This document shows positions 19,956 through 30,066 of a stretch of 64,000 nt of DNA, in pieces; position 1 is the first letter of the stretch, and each line of letters starts with the position of its first letter. Source of the DNA: Chthoniobacterales bacterium. Lineage in GTDB: Bacteria > Verrucomicrobiota > Verrucomicrobiia > Chthoniobacterales > Chthoniobacteraceae. The DNA is taken from positions 65,186 to 129,185 of the forward strand of contig JBBQZX010000014.1 in the NCBI GenBank assembly GCA_038207335.1. Direction: 5' to 3'. The notes below the pieces were generated by a model. It was given only the letters and a program-made list of their open reading frames with translations, made no database searches and had not been told where the DNA came from. The position numbers and the translations under genes were made by a program.

Positions 19956-20547
19956 CCGGCGTGCCGACCCGCACCTTCTGATAAATCAGCCCCGCAATAT
20001 CCGCCGGCAACCGCACGCAACCGTGCGAGGCCGCATAGCCCGGCAGGATGCCGACGTGCATCCCGACACCCCCGCTTGTCAGCCGCATAAACCACTTCAT
20101 CGGCGCGCCGACGTAATGCGTCCCGCTCGGCGCCGAGTCGATTTTCGAGCTGACCCCCTCGCGCACGATGCGCCCTCGCGAATCGCAAAACGCACCGTAG
20201 ATATTCGAGCGATGGTCCGCGTCTTTTTCCATGACCGAGAAGCTTCCCGTCGGAGTCGCGTGCCCGCTCTTCCCGGATGAAATCGGCGTGTCGATATAGA
20301 CTTGGTCGCCGGTCATCAGCCGCGCCCGCTGCGTCCCGAGCGAGACGACCACACGCGAGTTCCCGGCATTGATGAGTGGCTCCACGTCTTTGTTGATCTT
20401 CGCGCCTTCCTGCCGCCGAAGTAGCTCATTCGCGCTGCGCATTTTCGGAGCGGGCCTGCCAAAAAAATCGGCGGTCGCGCGTTCGCTCGTGAGGGCGAGC
20501 GCGAGGATCGTCCCGATGAGCAGCGAGTAGTGGCGCGGAGTTCTCAT
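19939..20547 (-). CDS. L,D-transpeptidase family protein (YkuD/ErfK)
   Basis: ISSGKSGHATPTG, MKWFMRL, GMHVG, ASHGCVRL catalytic motif; signal peptide. Confidence 0.9.
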   Translation of the reverse strand: MRTPRHYSLLIGTILALALTSERATADFFGRPAPKMRSANELLRRQEGAKINKDVEPLINAGNSRVVVSLGTQRARLMTGDQVYIDTPISSGKSGHATPTGSFSVMEKDADHRSNIYGAFCDSRGRIVREGVSSKIDSAPSGTHYVGAPMKWFMRLTSGGVGMHVGILPGYAASHGCVRLPADIAGLIYQKVRVGTPVTIEP

Positions 20548-20730
20548 GGTGAAAAAGCGAGGCGTTCAATAACTGGGTGCATCGAACCGCCGCAAACAGT
20601 TTGTGCGGAATCGAAACTCGCATCCCACTCGCATCGCCCATCCGATTGCTCCATGCTCAGTCCGGCTTTTTCGCCCAAGATGTCCGTCGTTCACCCATCA
20701 TTTCCTTCCGTCCGGCATCGCGTTTTCGCC

Positions 20731-22470
20731 ATGCTCCTCGTCGTGCTTTTTCCGCTTCTTTTTTCATCCGCGGCTGCAGTTGGTAAATCTCCGGCGCTCG
20801 CCCCAGCTCCGCCAGAGCCCGTCCCGCAATCGCTCAAAGTCAACCGCGGCGAGACGATCGACGTGCCGCTCGGCATCTACGGCTCGCGGAATCAGACGCT
20901 CGAATTTCGCATCCAAACGCATCCCGGTGCTGGCAAACTTTCCGCTATCAAAACCGTCGCGCCGGAGCGCGCCACCGTGCGTTACACACCTCCCGCGGAC
21001 CTCGCGGTCACCTCCGCAAAATTCAGCTACGCCGTTCGAAGCAATGAAGGCGTCTCCGGCGCAGTCGAGGTGTCAATCAAGATCATCGACGCACCACCGA
21101 AACTCGATGCACCGGCCGAATCCAACTTCCCGCGGACCCTGATCGGCGCTGAATCCGCGCGCGAAATCGTTGTCACAAACGCGGGCGGCGGCATAGCCGA
21201 AGGCATGCTGGAGACGAGCAACCCTTGGCGCCTCGAAGGCTCGCGGACATACCGCCTCGGCGCTGGCGAAAAGCGGACGTTCAAGATCGTCTTCGCGCCC
21301 GAACTTAGCGGCAAAGAATCCGGCCATGCGCAATTCACGTCGCAACCCGAACGTCCAATTTCACTCACCGGCGAGGCGGTTTTTCCAATCGCATTTTCGC
21401 CCGACGCCGTCGAGTTGCGGCACGAGGCTGCTGAGCCCGTTCGCGCCGGTTCGTTTGAAGTGAAGAACAACACCGGCGATCAGCAGACCCTCAAATTCGT
21501 GGCAGACGATCGTCTCCAATTTCCACGCGAGCTACCCCTAGCCGCGGACGCGACAGCCACCATCACCGTGCGCACCGCGCCCGACGACGTCGCGCCGCTG
21601 GACGCGGAAATTCATCTCAATCCCGCGCGCGCGGGTGCGTCCATCGCCGTGCGCTTCGCAGCCGTCGGGCCGATCTTTCGAGTCGCACAAAAGAGCGTCA
21701 ATTTCGGCACTGCAAGCGCCGGCGTGACGGCTCGCAATTTCATAGAAATCGCCAATGTAGGCGGCACTGCCGGCACCGCCTCGCTTGAAGCCGACCCGCC
21801 ATTTTTCGTCGTTGAAAAATCAGTTTTCCTCGACGCCACAAAGACTACCAAAGTCGCCGTCGCGTTCGACGCGCAGAGCCCAGGCTCGTATCATTCCGAA
21901 TTAAGACTCCAGGCCCATTCCGGACCGATCGCCGTGCCGCTCACGGCAGTAGTTTCCATCGCAGGCGCAGATGCTCGGATACCAAAGCTCATCCCCATTT
22001 CCGGATCACCGCGACGCAGCGACGACGCAGCCGAATCCGCGCCCATCGGAATCGAACACGCCCCCGCCGTGCACATTGCAAATCTGACCCCGACCTCCAC
22101 GGAAATCACATGGCCAAAAGCCGGCCTTGGTTCGGCGCGATACATCGCCGAATGGCGACAACTCGCGCTCACCGACGGCGAACTAGGAATCGCTTGGCGG
22201 GCATTTCCAAACACCGCGTTCGATATCAAAGACACCACCGTCACCGCCACATTTTCCGGCCTTCAGCCGCAGACGCTTTACATCCTGCGCGTCCGCAGCG
22301 TGAACGCCGCCGGAGACATCTCGGACCTCGCGATCCCGGTGCAATTTGCAACGCCAGCTAAGCCGCCGTTCATCAAAATCACGCTCCTCCGCGTGCTGAT
22401 GTTCGCGCTCATCCTGTGCATCACCGGGGCTGTCTGGCAGAAGATGCGAAGCCCCCGCGCGCTTGGTTGA
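20731..22470 (+). CDS. Single-pass cell-surface protein with Ig-like repeats, an FN3 domain and a C-terminal TM anchor
   Basis: Signal peptide; repeated V.N.GG...F.P beta-sandwich motifs; FSGLQPQTLYILRVRSVN (FN3); C-terminal TM followed by basic residues. Start uncertain (20653/20680/20731). Confidence 0.7.
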   Translation: MLLVVLFPLLFSSAAAVGKSPALAPAPPEPVPQSLKVNRGETIDVPLGIYGSRNQTLEFRIQTHPGAGKLSAIKTVAPERATVRYTPPADLAVTSAKFSYAVRSNEGVSGAVEVSIKIIDAPPKLDAPAESNFPRTLIGAESAREIVVTNAGGGIAEGMLETSNPWRLEGSRTYRLGAGEKRTFKIVFAPELSGKESGHAQFTSQPERPISLTGEAVFPIAFSPDAVELRHEAAEPVRAGSFEVKNNTGDQQTLKFVADDRLQFPRELPLAADATATITVRTAPDDVAPLDAEIHLNPARAGASIAVRFAAVGPIFRVAQKSVNFGTASAGVTARNFIEIANVGGTAGTASLEADPPFFVVEKSVFLDATKTTKVAVAFDAQSPGSYHSELRLQAHSGPIAVPLTAVVSIAGADARIPKLIPISGSPRRSDDAAESAPIGIEHAPAVHIANLTPTSTEITWPKAGLGSARYIAEWRQLALTDGELGIAWRAFPNTAFDIKDTTVTATFSGLQPQTLYILRVRSVNAAGDISDLAIPVQFATPAKPPFIKITLLRVLMFALILCITGAVWQKMRSPRALG

Positions 22471-22555
22471 CGCTCACCCATCGAGCGCCGCTCCCGCGCT
22501 CGCCAAATCACAAAAGCGTGATTTCCTAACCTTCCCGCAGCCGTCCCAACTACCC

Positions 22556-23842
22556 GTGCCCACACCCCGAAAACTCCTCGTCGTCGATATTGCCGCGCTT
22601 GGCTGGAACATGGTTTCCCATTTGCCCGACTTCCAGCCCGCGCAAACCGTTTTCCCTGCCGTCACCAGCGTCTTCCAAGCCTCCTTCCGCACGGCCGCCG
22701 AGCCCGGAGCGCACGGCCTCGTCGCGAATGGGCTCTACTTTCGCGACCTGCGAAAAGTGCTCTTCTGGGAGCAGTCGTCAGCGCTCGTTGAAGGGCCGCG
22801 AATTTGGGAGAAGTTCCGCGCACGCGGCGGCACCGTAGGGATGATGTTCTGGCAGCAGAGTATGGGCGAAAATGTGGATTTCATCGCGACTCCAGCGCCG
22901 ATTCACAAGCACAGCGGCGGCATGATCCAAGCCTGCTACACACAGCCCGCGAGTCTCGAAGCACGGCTCACCGAAGTCATCGGACGCCCGTTCAATTTGA
23001 TGAATTACTGGGGCCCGCTCGCGAACTACAAATCGACCGACTGGATCGTCGATGCGACCTGCGCGGCGATGGGTATGCCGGACGTCGCGCCCGATCTCCT
23101 GCTCACGTATCTGCCTCATCTCGACTACGATTTGCAGCGCCACGGCCCCGACAGCGAGGCGGCGAAAAAGGCGCTCGATCTCCTGCTTGGATACCTCACC
23201 CGACTAAAGGCGGCGTGCCAGGATTTCGGCTACGACTGGCTCTTCGTCGGTGACTACGCGATCGAGCCCGTGAAGCGCGGCGCGATTTTTCCCAACCGAG
23301 TTTTGCGCGAAGCGGGGTTGTTCAATGTGCGAGACATTCGCGAGATGGATTACACCGATTTTCACACCAGCCGCGCCTTCGCCGTCGTCGATCACCAGGT
23401 CGCGCACGTCTATTGCCGCGACGACGCCTCCGCCCGCGAAGCTGCTTCAGCGCTTGAAACGACGCCGGGCATCGCCGCGGTGCTCGACAAAAAGGCGCAG
23501 GCTGAGCGCGGCCTCGCACACGCCCGCAGCGGTGAACTCATGATCGTTGCCGAAGATGGGGCGTGGTTCGCCTATCCGTGGTTCGAGCGGGAAAATGCGC
23601 CGGATTACGCGAGCCACGTCGATATTCACAACAAGCCCGGCTACGACCCGTGCGAGCTGTTTTTCGGCTGGCCTCCGATGAGCGTCAGCTTCGATACGAG
23701 CAAGATTCACGGCTCACACGGCAGCGTCGGAAAAGGATATGAAATCGCGTGGTCGTCCTCCCTCGACTTTGCACAAAAGCCCGTGACCGCGCTTGATCTC
23801 GCACGCGCCACTCGGTCGTGGCTGGAGGCGTGGGAGCGATGA
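22556..23842 (+). CDS. eboF: Alkaline phosphatase / nucleotide pyrophosphatase family protein (EboF-like)
   Basis: VFPAVT, HGLVANG, WEQS, YLPHLDYDLQRHGP, VDHQVAHVY, VDIHNKPGYDPCELF, GSHG; adjacent to eboD/eboE-like genes. Confidence 0.82.
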   Translation: MPTPRKLLVVDIAALGWNMVSHLPDFQPAQTVFPAVTSVFQASFRTAAEPGAHGLVANGLYFRDLRKVLFWEQSSALVEGPRIWEKFRARGGTVGMMFWQQSMGENVDFIATPAPIHKHSGGMIQACYTQPASLEARLTEVIGRPFNLMNYWGPLANYKSTDWIVDATCAAMGMPDVAPDLLLTYLPHLDYDLQRHGPDSEAAKKALDLLLGYLTRLKAACQDFGYDWLFVGDYAIEPVKRGAIFPNRVLREAGLFNVRDIREMDYTDFHTSRAFAVVDHQVAHVYCRDDASAREAASALETTPGIAAVLDKKAQAERGLAHARSGELMIVAEDGAWFAYPWFERENAPDYASHVDIHNKPGYDPCELFFGWPPMSVSFDTSKIHGSHGSVGKGYEIAWSSSLDFAQKPVTALDLARATRSWLEAWER

Positions 23843-25038
23843 ATGCCGCACCCCCGTTTCTCGCAAACGCCTCACACGAAGTACGCCAGCAAATCACAGT
23901 CGAGTGGGACTTTCCCGTCGTCTTCACGCACGCGATCTTCTCCACCGAAAATCCGACGCTGCTCGACACTCTGAACCGGCTCAACGAGCATCGCCGACAT
24001 CGCGCGATGGTCTTCATCGACTCGCAAGTCGCGAATACGAAGCCCGAACTTTCGGCGCAAATCACCGCGTATTTCGACGCCAATCCGCGCCAGCTTGAAC
24101 TCGCCGCGTCGCCGCAAATCGTCCCCGGTGGCGAGGCCGTAAAAAATGACTTTTCGCTCGTCGAGAGCTTCATGCGATTGCTCCTCGGCGCGCGCATGGA
24201 TCGGCACGCATTCGTCATCATCGTCGGCGGCGGCGCGGTGATGGATGCCGTCGGCCTCGCCGCCGCGCTCGTGCATCGCGGACTGCGGCAGGTGCGCGTG
24301 CCGACAACCGTTCTTGGCCAAAACGACGCGGGCGTCGGAGTTAAAAACGGAGTCAATTTCGCCGGAGGCAAAAACGCGATCGGCACATTCGCGCCACCGT
24401 TCGCGGTGCTGAACGACTTCGATTTCCTCCTCTCACTTGGTCAGCGCGACTGGCTTTGCGGCGTGGCCGAGGCGTTCAAAGTCGCGATCATCCGCGACCG
24501 CGATTTCTTCGACTGGCTCACCGCTCACGCGTCCGCGTTTCCCGCGCGCGATTTTTCGGCGATGCAGACACTCGTCGAGCGGTGCGCCGTGATGCATCTT
24601 GAGCACATTCGCACGAACGGCGACCCATTCGAATACGGGCGCGCGCGCCCGCTCGATTTCGGACACTGGTCGGCACACAAGCTCGAGCTCATCTCCGGCT
24701 TTCGCATCTCGCACGGCGAGGCGGTGGCGGCGGGCGTGCTACTCGATTCCATTTACGCGGCGATGCTCGGCTGGATCACCGCCGACGAACTCACGCTCAT
24801 CCGCGAGGGGCTGAAACAGAGCGGCTTCGCGCTGTGGTTCGATGAGATTGAAAAGCGCGACCCAAGCGGCGATCGCGCCGTGTTCGCGGGCCTCCGCGAA
24901 TTCCAAGAGCATCTCGGCGGCGAACTGTGCGTGACCTATCCGCGCGGCATCGGCGCACGGCACGAGGTGCATGAAATCGACCTTGCCAAGATGGAACTCG
25001 CGATTCAGGAACTGCGTCGTTTTTCCGCCGCGCCATGA
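23839..25038 (+). CDS. eboD: 3-dehydroquinate synthase-like sugar-phosphate cyclase (EboD-like)
   Basis: PGGEAVKN, GGGAVMD, HRG..RVPTTVLGQNDAGVGVKNG, GDPFE.G.ARPLDFGHWSAHKLE, HGEAVA. Confidence 0.85.
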   Translation: MNAAPPFLANASHEVRQQITVEWDFPVVFTHAIFSTENPTLLDTLNRLNEHRRHRAMVFIDSQVANTKPELSAQITAYFDANPRQLELAASPQIVPGGEAVKNDFSLVESFMRLLLGARMDRHAFVIIVGGGAVMDAVGLAAALVHRGLRQVRVPTTVLGQNDAGVGVKNGVNFAGGKNAIGTFAPPFAVLNDFDFLLSLGQRDWLCGVAEAFKVAIIRDRDFFDWLTAHASAFPARDFSAMQTLVERCAVMHLEHIRTNGDPFEYGRARPLDFGHWSAHKLELISGFRISHGEAVAAGVLLDSIYAAMLGWITADELTLIREGLKQSGFALWFDEIEKRDPSGDRAVFAGLREFQEHLGGELCVTYPRGIGARHEVHEIDLAKMELAIQELRRFSAAP

Positions 25039-26231
25039 TCCTGCAGCATCGGCCACCGCTTCATCTCACCTATTGCCTCAATATTCACCCCGGCGAAAGC
25101 TGGGCGGATAACTTCGCGGCCATCCGCGACAAGGCAGTCGCGGTGAAGCAGCGCGTCGCCCCGGATCAATGGTTTGGCCTCGGTCTGCGGATCGCGCATC
25201 ACGCCGCCGCGCGGCTCGCATCGGATCATGCGCTCATCGACGAAGCGCGTGATTTTTTCGCCGAGCACCAGCTCTATCCCTTCACGATCAATGGCTTTCC
25301 CTACGGCCGCTTTCATCAGGGGCCGGTGAAAGAGCGCGTCTATCAGCCCGACTGGCGCACGCCGGAACGGCGCGATTACACGATCCAGCTAGCCGATATT
25401 TTCACGCACTTCCTGCCGGGCGAAGTCGATGGATCGATCAGCACCGTGCCGTGCTCCTTCAAGCCGTGGATCACGAGCGATGACGACAAGTTCGTGATGG
25501 CGCGCAACTTCGCCGCCGTCGTCGCATATCTCGCCGCGATCCGAGACGACACGGGCCAGGAGATTCATCTGGGCATCGAGCCGGAGCCGGACTGCTATCT
25601 CGAGACGACGAGCGAGACGATCGACTTTTTCAAGGACGCACTGCTCACCGTCGGCGTCGAAGAAGTGGCACGCATCATGGGCTGTCCGCGAGGGCAGGCG
25701 GAAACGCTGCTGCGGCGGCACCTCGGCGTCTGCTTCGATACGTGCCACGTCTCGCTGCAATATGAGGATCTCGTCGAGTCGTATCGACGTTACGTGTCGG
25801 AAGGCATTCGCATCTCAAAAGTACAGATCAGTGCGGCGCTCCGCGGCGCCTCGAACTCCGAGACGTGGGAAGCGCTGCGCGCATTCGATGAGCCGGTCTA
25901 TTTGCACCAAGTCAAAGGCGTCACGGATGCGGGTGCGAAAATCGCGTGGTATGACCTGCCGGAGATGCTTCAGGAAGTCGCGACCTTCCCGGAAATCGAA
26001 GAGTTGCGAGTGCATTTTCACGTCCCACTTTTCATGTCGTCATCCGGCCCGCTGAGTTCCACCGCATCGGAACTGACGCCCGATTTTTTCCATGAACTCC
26101 GCACCGGCTCGTGCTCGCACCTCGAGATCGAGACCTACACCTTCGACGTGCTCCCCGCGGAATTCACCCCAGGCGATGTCGTGAAGAGCATCGCCCGCGA
26201 ATACTCGTGGGTGCTCTCACGACTGCACTGA
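25035..26231 (+). CDS. eboE: Metabolite traffic protein EboE (xylose-isomerase-like TIM barrel)
   Basis: LTYCLNIHPGE, TINGFPYG.FH..VKE.VY.PDW, EPEPDC, CFDTCH, EPVYLHQ, RVHFHVP, HLEIETYT. Confidence 0.9.
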   Translation: MILQHRPPLHLTYCLNIHPGESWADNFAAIRDKAVAVKQRVAPDQWFGLGLRIAHHAAARLASDHALIDEARDFFAEHQLYPFTINGFPYGRFHQGPVKERVYQPDWRTPERRDYTIQLADIFTHFLPGEVDGSISTVPCSFKPWITSDDDKFVMARNFAAVVAYLAAIRDDTGQEIHLGIEPEPDCYLETTSETIDFFKDALLTVGVEEVARIMGCPRGQAETLLRRHLGVCFDTCHVSLQYEDLVESYRRYVSEGIRISKVQISAALRGASNSETWEALRAFDEPVYLHQVKGVTDAGAKIAWYDLPEMLQEVATFPEIEELRVHFHVPLFMSSSGPLSSTASELTPDFFHELRTGSCSHLEIETYTFDVLPAEFTPGDVVKSIAREYSWVLSRLH

Positions 26232-26260
26232 CCGCCAAACGGTCGGCGATTCCATAAACG

Positions 26261-26292
26261 AAAACGGGCGTGACCGGAGTCACGCCCGCTTT
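26261..26292. terminator. Hairpin between convergent genes, probable bidirectional intrinsic terminator
   Basis: CGGGCGTGAC-CGGA-GTCACGCCCG (10-bp stem) with an A run on the left and a short T run on the right. Confidence 0.75.
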
Positions 26293-26316
26293 GAGTTTTT
26301 CTGATGAACGGTGAGC

Positions 26317-26886
26317 TTACTTCGCTTTCGCGACAGCCTTTTCCGCGGTGTTCGTCTCGTCGTCGATCGACTTCAACGTCGGCTCCCACGTCATCGCGAG
26401 CGCCTTGAGTTCTGCGTTCTGCGCCGACTTCCCGGCAGTAAAAGCCGTCGCAAGATGCTTCGTCTCCTTGCCCACGAGTTTGATCCACTCCTTGTCGAAC
26501 TTGTCCCCAGGCGCCTTGTTCAGCCTTTCGATCTTCGACTTGTCCGAATTCGGCACCGCTTCCGGTAGCTTGTCGCCATTTGCTGTCGCCATCGGCGCGA
26601 GCTGCTCCCACAGCTTCGTCATTTCCGTGCTGATCTTTTCACCAACCGCATTCGCCTCGGTCACCTTCAAGGATTCGCGCTTCTTTTTGTCGCTGAGATT
26701 CATCAGGAGATACATGCTTTCGAGCGAGTTCTTGACGAAGCTCTTGTCCTGAGAAGAGAGAGGTTTCGCCTTCTCGGCGGGCTTTGCGGGAGTGGTTGCC
26801 CCGGGAGCGGCGTCTTGGGCGAAAATCGGTGTCGCTGCGAGGAGCACGATGGAGAGTGCGAGGCGTGGGAACATGGGAGTTTTCAT
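26317..26886 (-). CDS. Secreted DUF4142-like (ferritin-like) protein
   Basis: Signal peptide; LSSQDKSFV, GDKFDKEW, QNAELKALA pattern. Confidence 0.65.
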   Translation of the reverse strand: MKTPMFPRLALSIVLLAATPIFAQDAAPGATTPAKPAEKAKPLSSQDKSFVKNSLESMYLLMNLSDKKKRESLKVTEANAVGEKISTEMTKLWEQLAPMATANGDKLPEAVPNSDKSKIERLNKAPGDKFDKEWIKLVGKETKHLATAFTAGKSAQNAELKALAMTWEPTLKSIDDETNTAEKAVAKAK

Positions 26887-27066
26887 GGGTATTTGGGATT
26901 GTGTAACAGCAGCAACTTATGCCGGAAATCAAGCCCCGACAGCAAGACACAATGCGGTTTCCGGTCAACAATCAGTTCGGCGTTGACAGCTCGAAAAGTG
27001 CCCGCTGTCATGGCGCGCCTTTTCCCCGGAGGCACCTTCCCACTTTTCGTTTCCCCTCACGTTTCT

Positions 27067-28197
27067 ATGGCCAAAAAGAAAATCAACGTCGCGATCGTCG
27101 GTCTTGGGTTCGGCGCGGAGTTCATCCCGATCTACCAGCTTCACCCCGATGCAAACATGGCGGCGATCTGCCAGCGCACGCAGAAGAAACTCGACGCCGT
27201 CGGCGACGCGTTCGGAGTCGAAAAGCGATACACGGATTTCGAGAAACTGCTGAAGGACCCGGACATCGACGTCATCCACATCAACTCGCCGATCCCCGAT
27301 CACGGCTGGCAGACGATAGCCGCGCTGAAGGCCGGGAAGCATGTTGCCTGCACCGTGCCAATGGCCACCTCGATCGACGAGTGCAAGCAGATCGTCCAGC
27401 TCTGCCAAAAGACCGGGCTGAAATACATGATGATGGAGACCGTCGTGTATGCCCGCGAATACCTCTACGTGAAGGAACTCTACGAAAAGGGAGAGCTCGG
27501 GAAGATTCAGTTTTTGCAGGCGAGCCACCAGCAGGACATGGATGGCTGGCCGAATTACTGGCCCGGCCTCCCACCGATGTGGTACGCCATGCACTGCGTC
27601 GGCCCCATGCTCGCGCTCACCGACGCGAGCGCGGAATACGTGAGCTGCTTCGGCTCCGGTCAAGTGCGGCCCGAACTCGAAAAGGCCTACGGCAGTCCGT
27701 TCGCCGTCGAGACCGCGCACATCAAGCTCAAGGACTCGAACCTCACCGCGCGAATCATTCGCTCGCTCTTCGACACGGCGCGGCAGTATCGCGAATCGAT
27801 CGACGTGTATGGCTCTAAGAAATCGTTCGAATGGTCGCTCATCGAGCACGAGGAGCATGTTCTCCACACCGCAAAATTGCCCGAGCACAAGATCCCGAAA
27901 AAGGTTCGCGTCCCCGACTTTGCAAAGCGCCTCCCAAAAGCAATCCGCGGCTTCACCACCGGCGGAGTCTATGGAAAAGGCAGCGGCAAAAAGAGCCACG
28001 TTTCTTTTGTCCAAGGCTCCGGCCACGGCGGTTCGCACCCGCACCTCGCGCACGAGTTCATCACCGCGCTCGTTGAAAATCGCGACCCAATGCCGAACGC
28101 GAAGCAATCCGCCAACTGGACCTGCGTCGGCCTCTGCGCCCACGAGTCCGCGATGAATGGCGGCAAAATCGTGAAGCTCCCGGCCTTTACCGTCTGA
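27067..28197 (+). CDS. Gfo/Idh/MocA-family oxidoreductase
   Basis: INVAIVGLGFG Rossmann motif, AGKHVACTVPMA, GHGGSHPHL; ATG at 27067. Confidence 0.92.
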   Translation: MAKKKINVAIVGLGFGAEFIPIYQLHPDANMAAICQRTQKKLDAVGDAFGVEKRYTDFEKLLKDPDIDVIHINSPIPDHGWQTIAALKAGKHVACTVPMATSIDECKQIVQLCQKTGLKYMMMETVVYAREYLYVKELYEKGELGKIQFLQASHQQDMDGWPNYWPGLPPMWYAMHCVGPMLALTDASAEYVSCFGSGQVRPELEKAYGSPFAVETAHIKLKDSNLTARIIRSLFDTARQYRESIDVYGSKKSFEWSLIEHEEHVLHTAKLPEHKIPKKVRVPDFAKRLPKAIRGFTTGGVYGKGSGKKSHVSFVQGSGHGGSHPHLAHEFITALVENRDPMPNAKQSANWTCVGLCAHESAMNGGKIVKLPAFTV

Positions 28198-28230
28198 CCC
28201 AATCCCCTCCCCAACCCAACCCAACCCTAA

Positions 28231-29913
28231 ATGAGCACAATCGATAACATCGCAGACACCAACGACCCAGGCATCGCGCCGAACGCGAAGCGCCTCCTCT
28301 GGGCCGGCTTCATGGCCATCCTCGCCGCCGGCGTCGGCTTCGCGCTGCGAGGCGGCATCTTCGATAACTGGGGGAAGGAGTTCGGCTTCACCGGCGCGCA
28401 GCTCGGCGCCATCGGTGGCGCGGGCTTCTCTGGCTTCTGCTTCGGCATCATCATCGGTGGCGTCATCGTCGATAAAATCGGATACGGCAAACTGGTCTGC
28501 GTGGCGCTCGTCTGCCACATCCTTTCCGCGTTCGTGACCTTTGGCGCGAGCACACCGTCGAACGCCTACAACATGCTCTTCTGGGGCATGTTTATCTTCG
28601 CCTTTGCCAACGGCACTTTGGAAGCCGTTGCCAATCCGCTCGTCGCGACGCTCTTCCCGCACAACCGCACACATTACCTCAACATTCTCCACGCGAGCTG
28701 GCCAGCCGGCATGATCCTCGGTTCCGCCGCCGGTTGGATCCTCGACGACAAGATGCAGGTGCATTGGAAATATCAACTCGCCCTCTATCTCATCCCGACC
28801 GCGCTCTACGGATTAATGTTCCTCGGCCAGAAATTCCCCCGCTCCGAGGCGGCGGCGAAAGGCGCGACCTTCGTACAAATGTTCAAGAGCGTCGGCATCC
28901 TGGGCGCACTCGTCGCCTGCTACCTGCTGGCGCTGTTCTTCGGCGACATTTTCAAAGGCGTGTCCCCCGAAAATGCGAAGCTCATCGGCTACGGCATCGG
29001 CGGCGCGCTACTGATTACGGTCGGCATCATCACCCGGTTTTCGATCGGCTCGTTTTTGCTGTTCGTCCTCTTCATCACCCACGTCTTGGTCGGCGCTGTC
29101 GAACTCGGTACGGACGGATGGATTCAGAATATCACCGGCAATCTCTTCACCTCCGAGCAGGGCAAATACCTATTCATCTGGACCTCGGCGATCATGTTCA
29201 GCCTCCGGTTCTGCGCGCATTTCATCGAGCGCACTTTGAAGCTCTCGCCGATCGGCTTGCTCTTCATCTGCGCGGTCATTGCCTGCATCGGGCTGAATCT
29301 CGCAAGCGGCATGGCCACCTTCGGCGCAGCTCTGTTGGCGCTCGGCATCTACGCCGTCGGCAAGACGTTCTTCTGGCCAACCATGCTCGCGGTCGTCGGC
29401 GATCGCTTCCCGCAGACCGGTGCAGTCGCGATGTCCATCATGGGAGGCATCGGAATGCTCTCCGCCGGCCTCATCGGCGGCCCTGGCCTCGGCTACGCGA
29501 AAGATCGTTTCGCGGGCGAGGAGTTGAACAAGGCGGATTCCGCGCTCTTCGCAGAGTACAAGGCGGCGCAGCCGTCCGAATTCCTCAACATCGACTCCAC
29601 TGCTGCCACGGGGCTCGACGGCAAGAAGCTCGGTGAAGCCAATGATCGCCTCGCCGCGATCCGCAAGGAAGTCGAAGCGGCTGGCGGCGATCCGAAGTCG
29701 GCTCTTGAGAAGCTCGACGTCAAGGATCGGACGGTGATCCAAGCAAGCATCAACGGCGACCGTCGCACGTTGAAAGCCGACTCCTTCATTCCAGCCGCGA
29801 TGGCGTGCATCTATCTCCTGCTCTTCCTGTATTTCAAAGCGATCGGCGGCTACAAGCCGGTGCATATCGCCGAGGATTTCACGGGCGGAACGCAGGGGCC
29901 GATGCAGGCTTAA
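28231..29913 (+). CDS. MFS transporter (probable sugar/cyclitol)
   Basis: About 12 or more TM helices; [38 protein letters not shown]. Confidence 0.9.
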   Translation: MSTIDNIADTNDPGIAPNAKRLLWAGFMAILAAGVGFALRGGIFDNWGKEFGFTGAQLGAIGGAGFSGFCFGIIIGGVIVDKIGYGKLVCVALVCHILSAFVTFGASTPSNAYNMLFWGMFIFAFANGTLEAVANPLVATLFPHNRTHYLNILHASWPAGMILGSAAGWILDDKMQVHWKYQLALYLIPTALYGLMFLGQKFPRSEAAAKGATFVQMFKSVGILGALVACYLLALFFGDIFKGVSPENAKLIGYGIGGALLITVGIITRFSIGSFLLFVLFITHVLVGAVELGTDGWIQNITGNLFTSEQGKYLFIWTSAIMFSLRFCAHFIERTLKLSPIGLLFICAVIACIGLNLASGMATFGAALLALGIYAVGKTFFWPTMLAVVGDRFPQTGAVAMSIMGGIGMLSAGLIGGPGLGYAKDRFAGEELNKADSALFAEYKAAQPSEFLNIDSTAATGLDGKKLGEANDRLAAIRKEVEAAGGDPKSALEKLDVKDRTVIQASINGDRRTLKADSFIPAAMACIYLLLFLYFKAIGGYKPVHIAEDFTGGTQGPMQA

Positions 29914-29943
29914 AACCGCGCACCGACCACGCAAAAGTTTGAA

Positions 29944-29980
29944 AGGGACAGGGGTTTGAACCCCCTGTCCCTCTTTTTTT
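29944..29980 (+). terminator. Rho-independent terminator
   Basis: AGGGACAGGGG-loop-CCCCTGTCCCT followed by CTTTTTTT downstream of the MFS gene. Confidence 0.85.
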
Positions 29981-30066
29981 GTGTCCAGAGCAGCCGAACT
30001 GACTGCCGTGTCACAGGTTTGGCCTGACACTTGCGATAAGCCGTCGACTCGTCCAACTGTAACTCA

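Noticed and set aside
23839..25038. Calling the cyclase housekeeping aroB
   Set aside because: The GDPFE.G.ARPLDFGHWSAHKLE motif and the eboF/eboE context point to the EboD subfamily.
28200..28230. (CCCAA)x3 microsatellite before the MFS start codon
   Set aside because: Too short for phase variation; consistent with the C/A-rich leaders elsewhere in the window.
26965..28776. 603-aa minus-strand ORF
   Set aside because: Antisense shadow of the Gfo/Idh/MocA and MFS genes; no motifs; expected in high-GC DNA.
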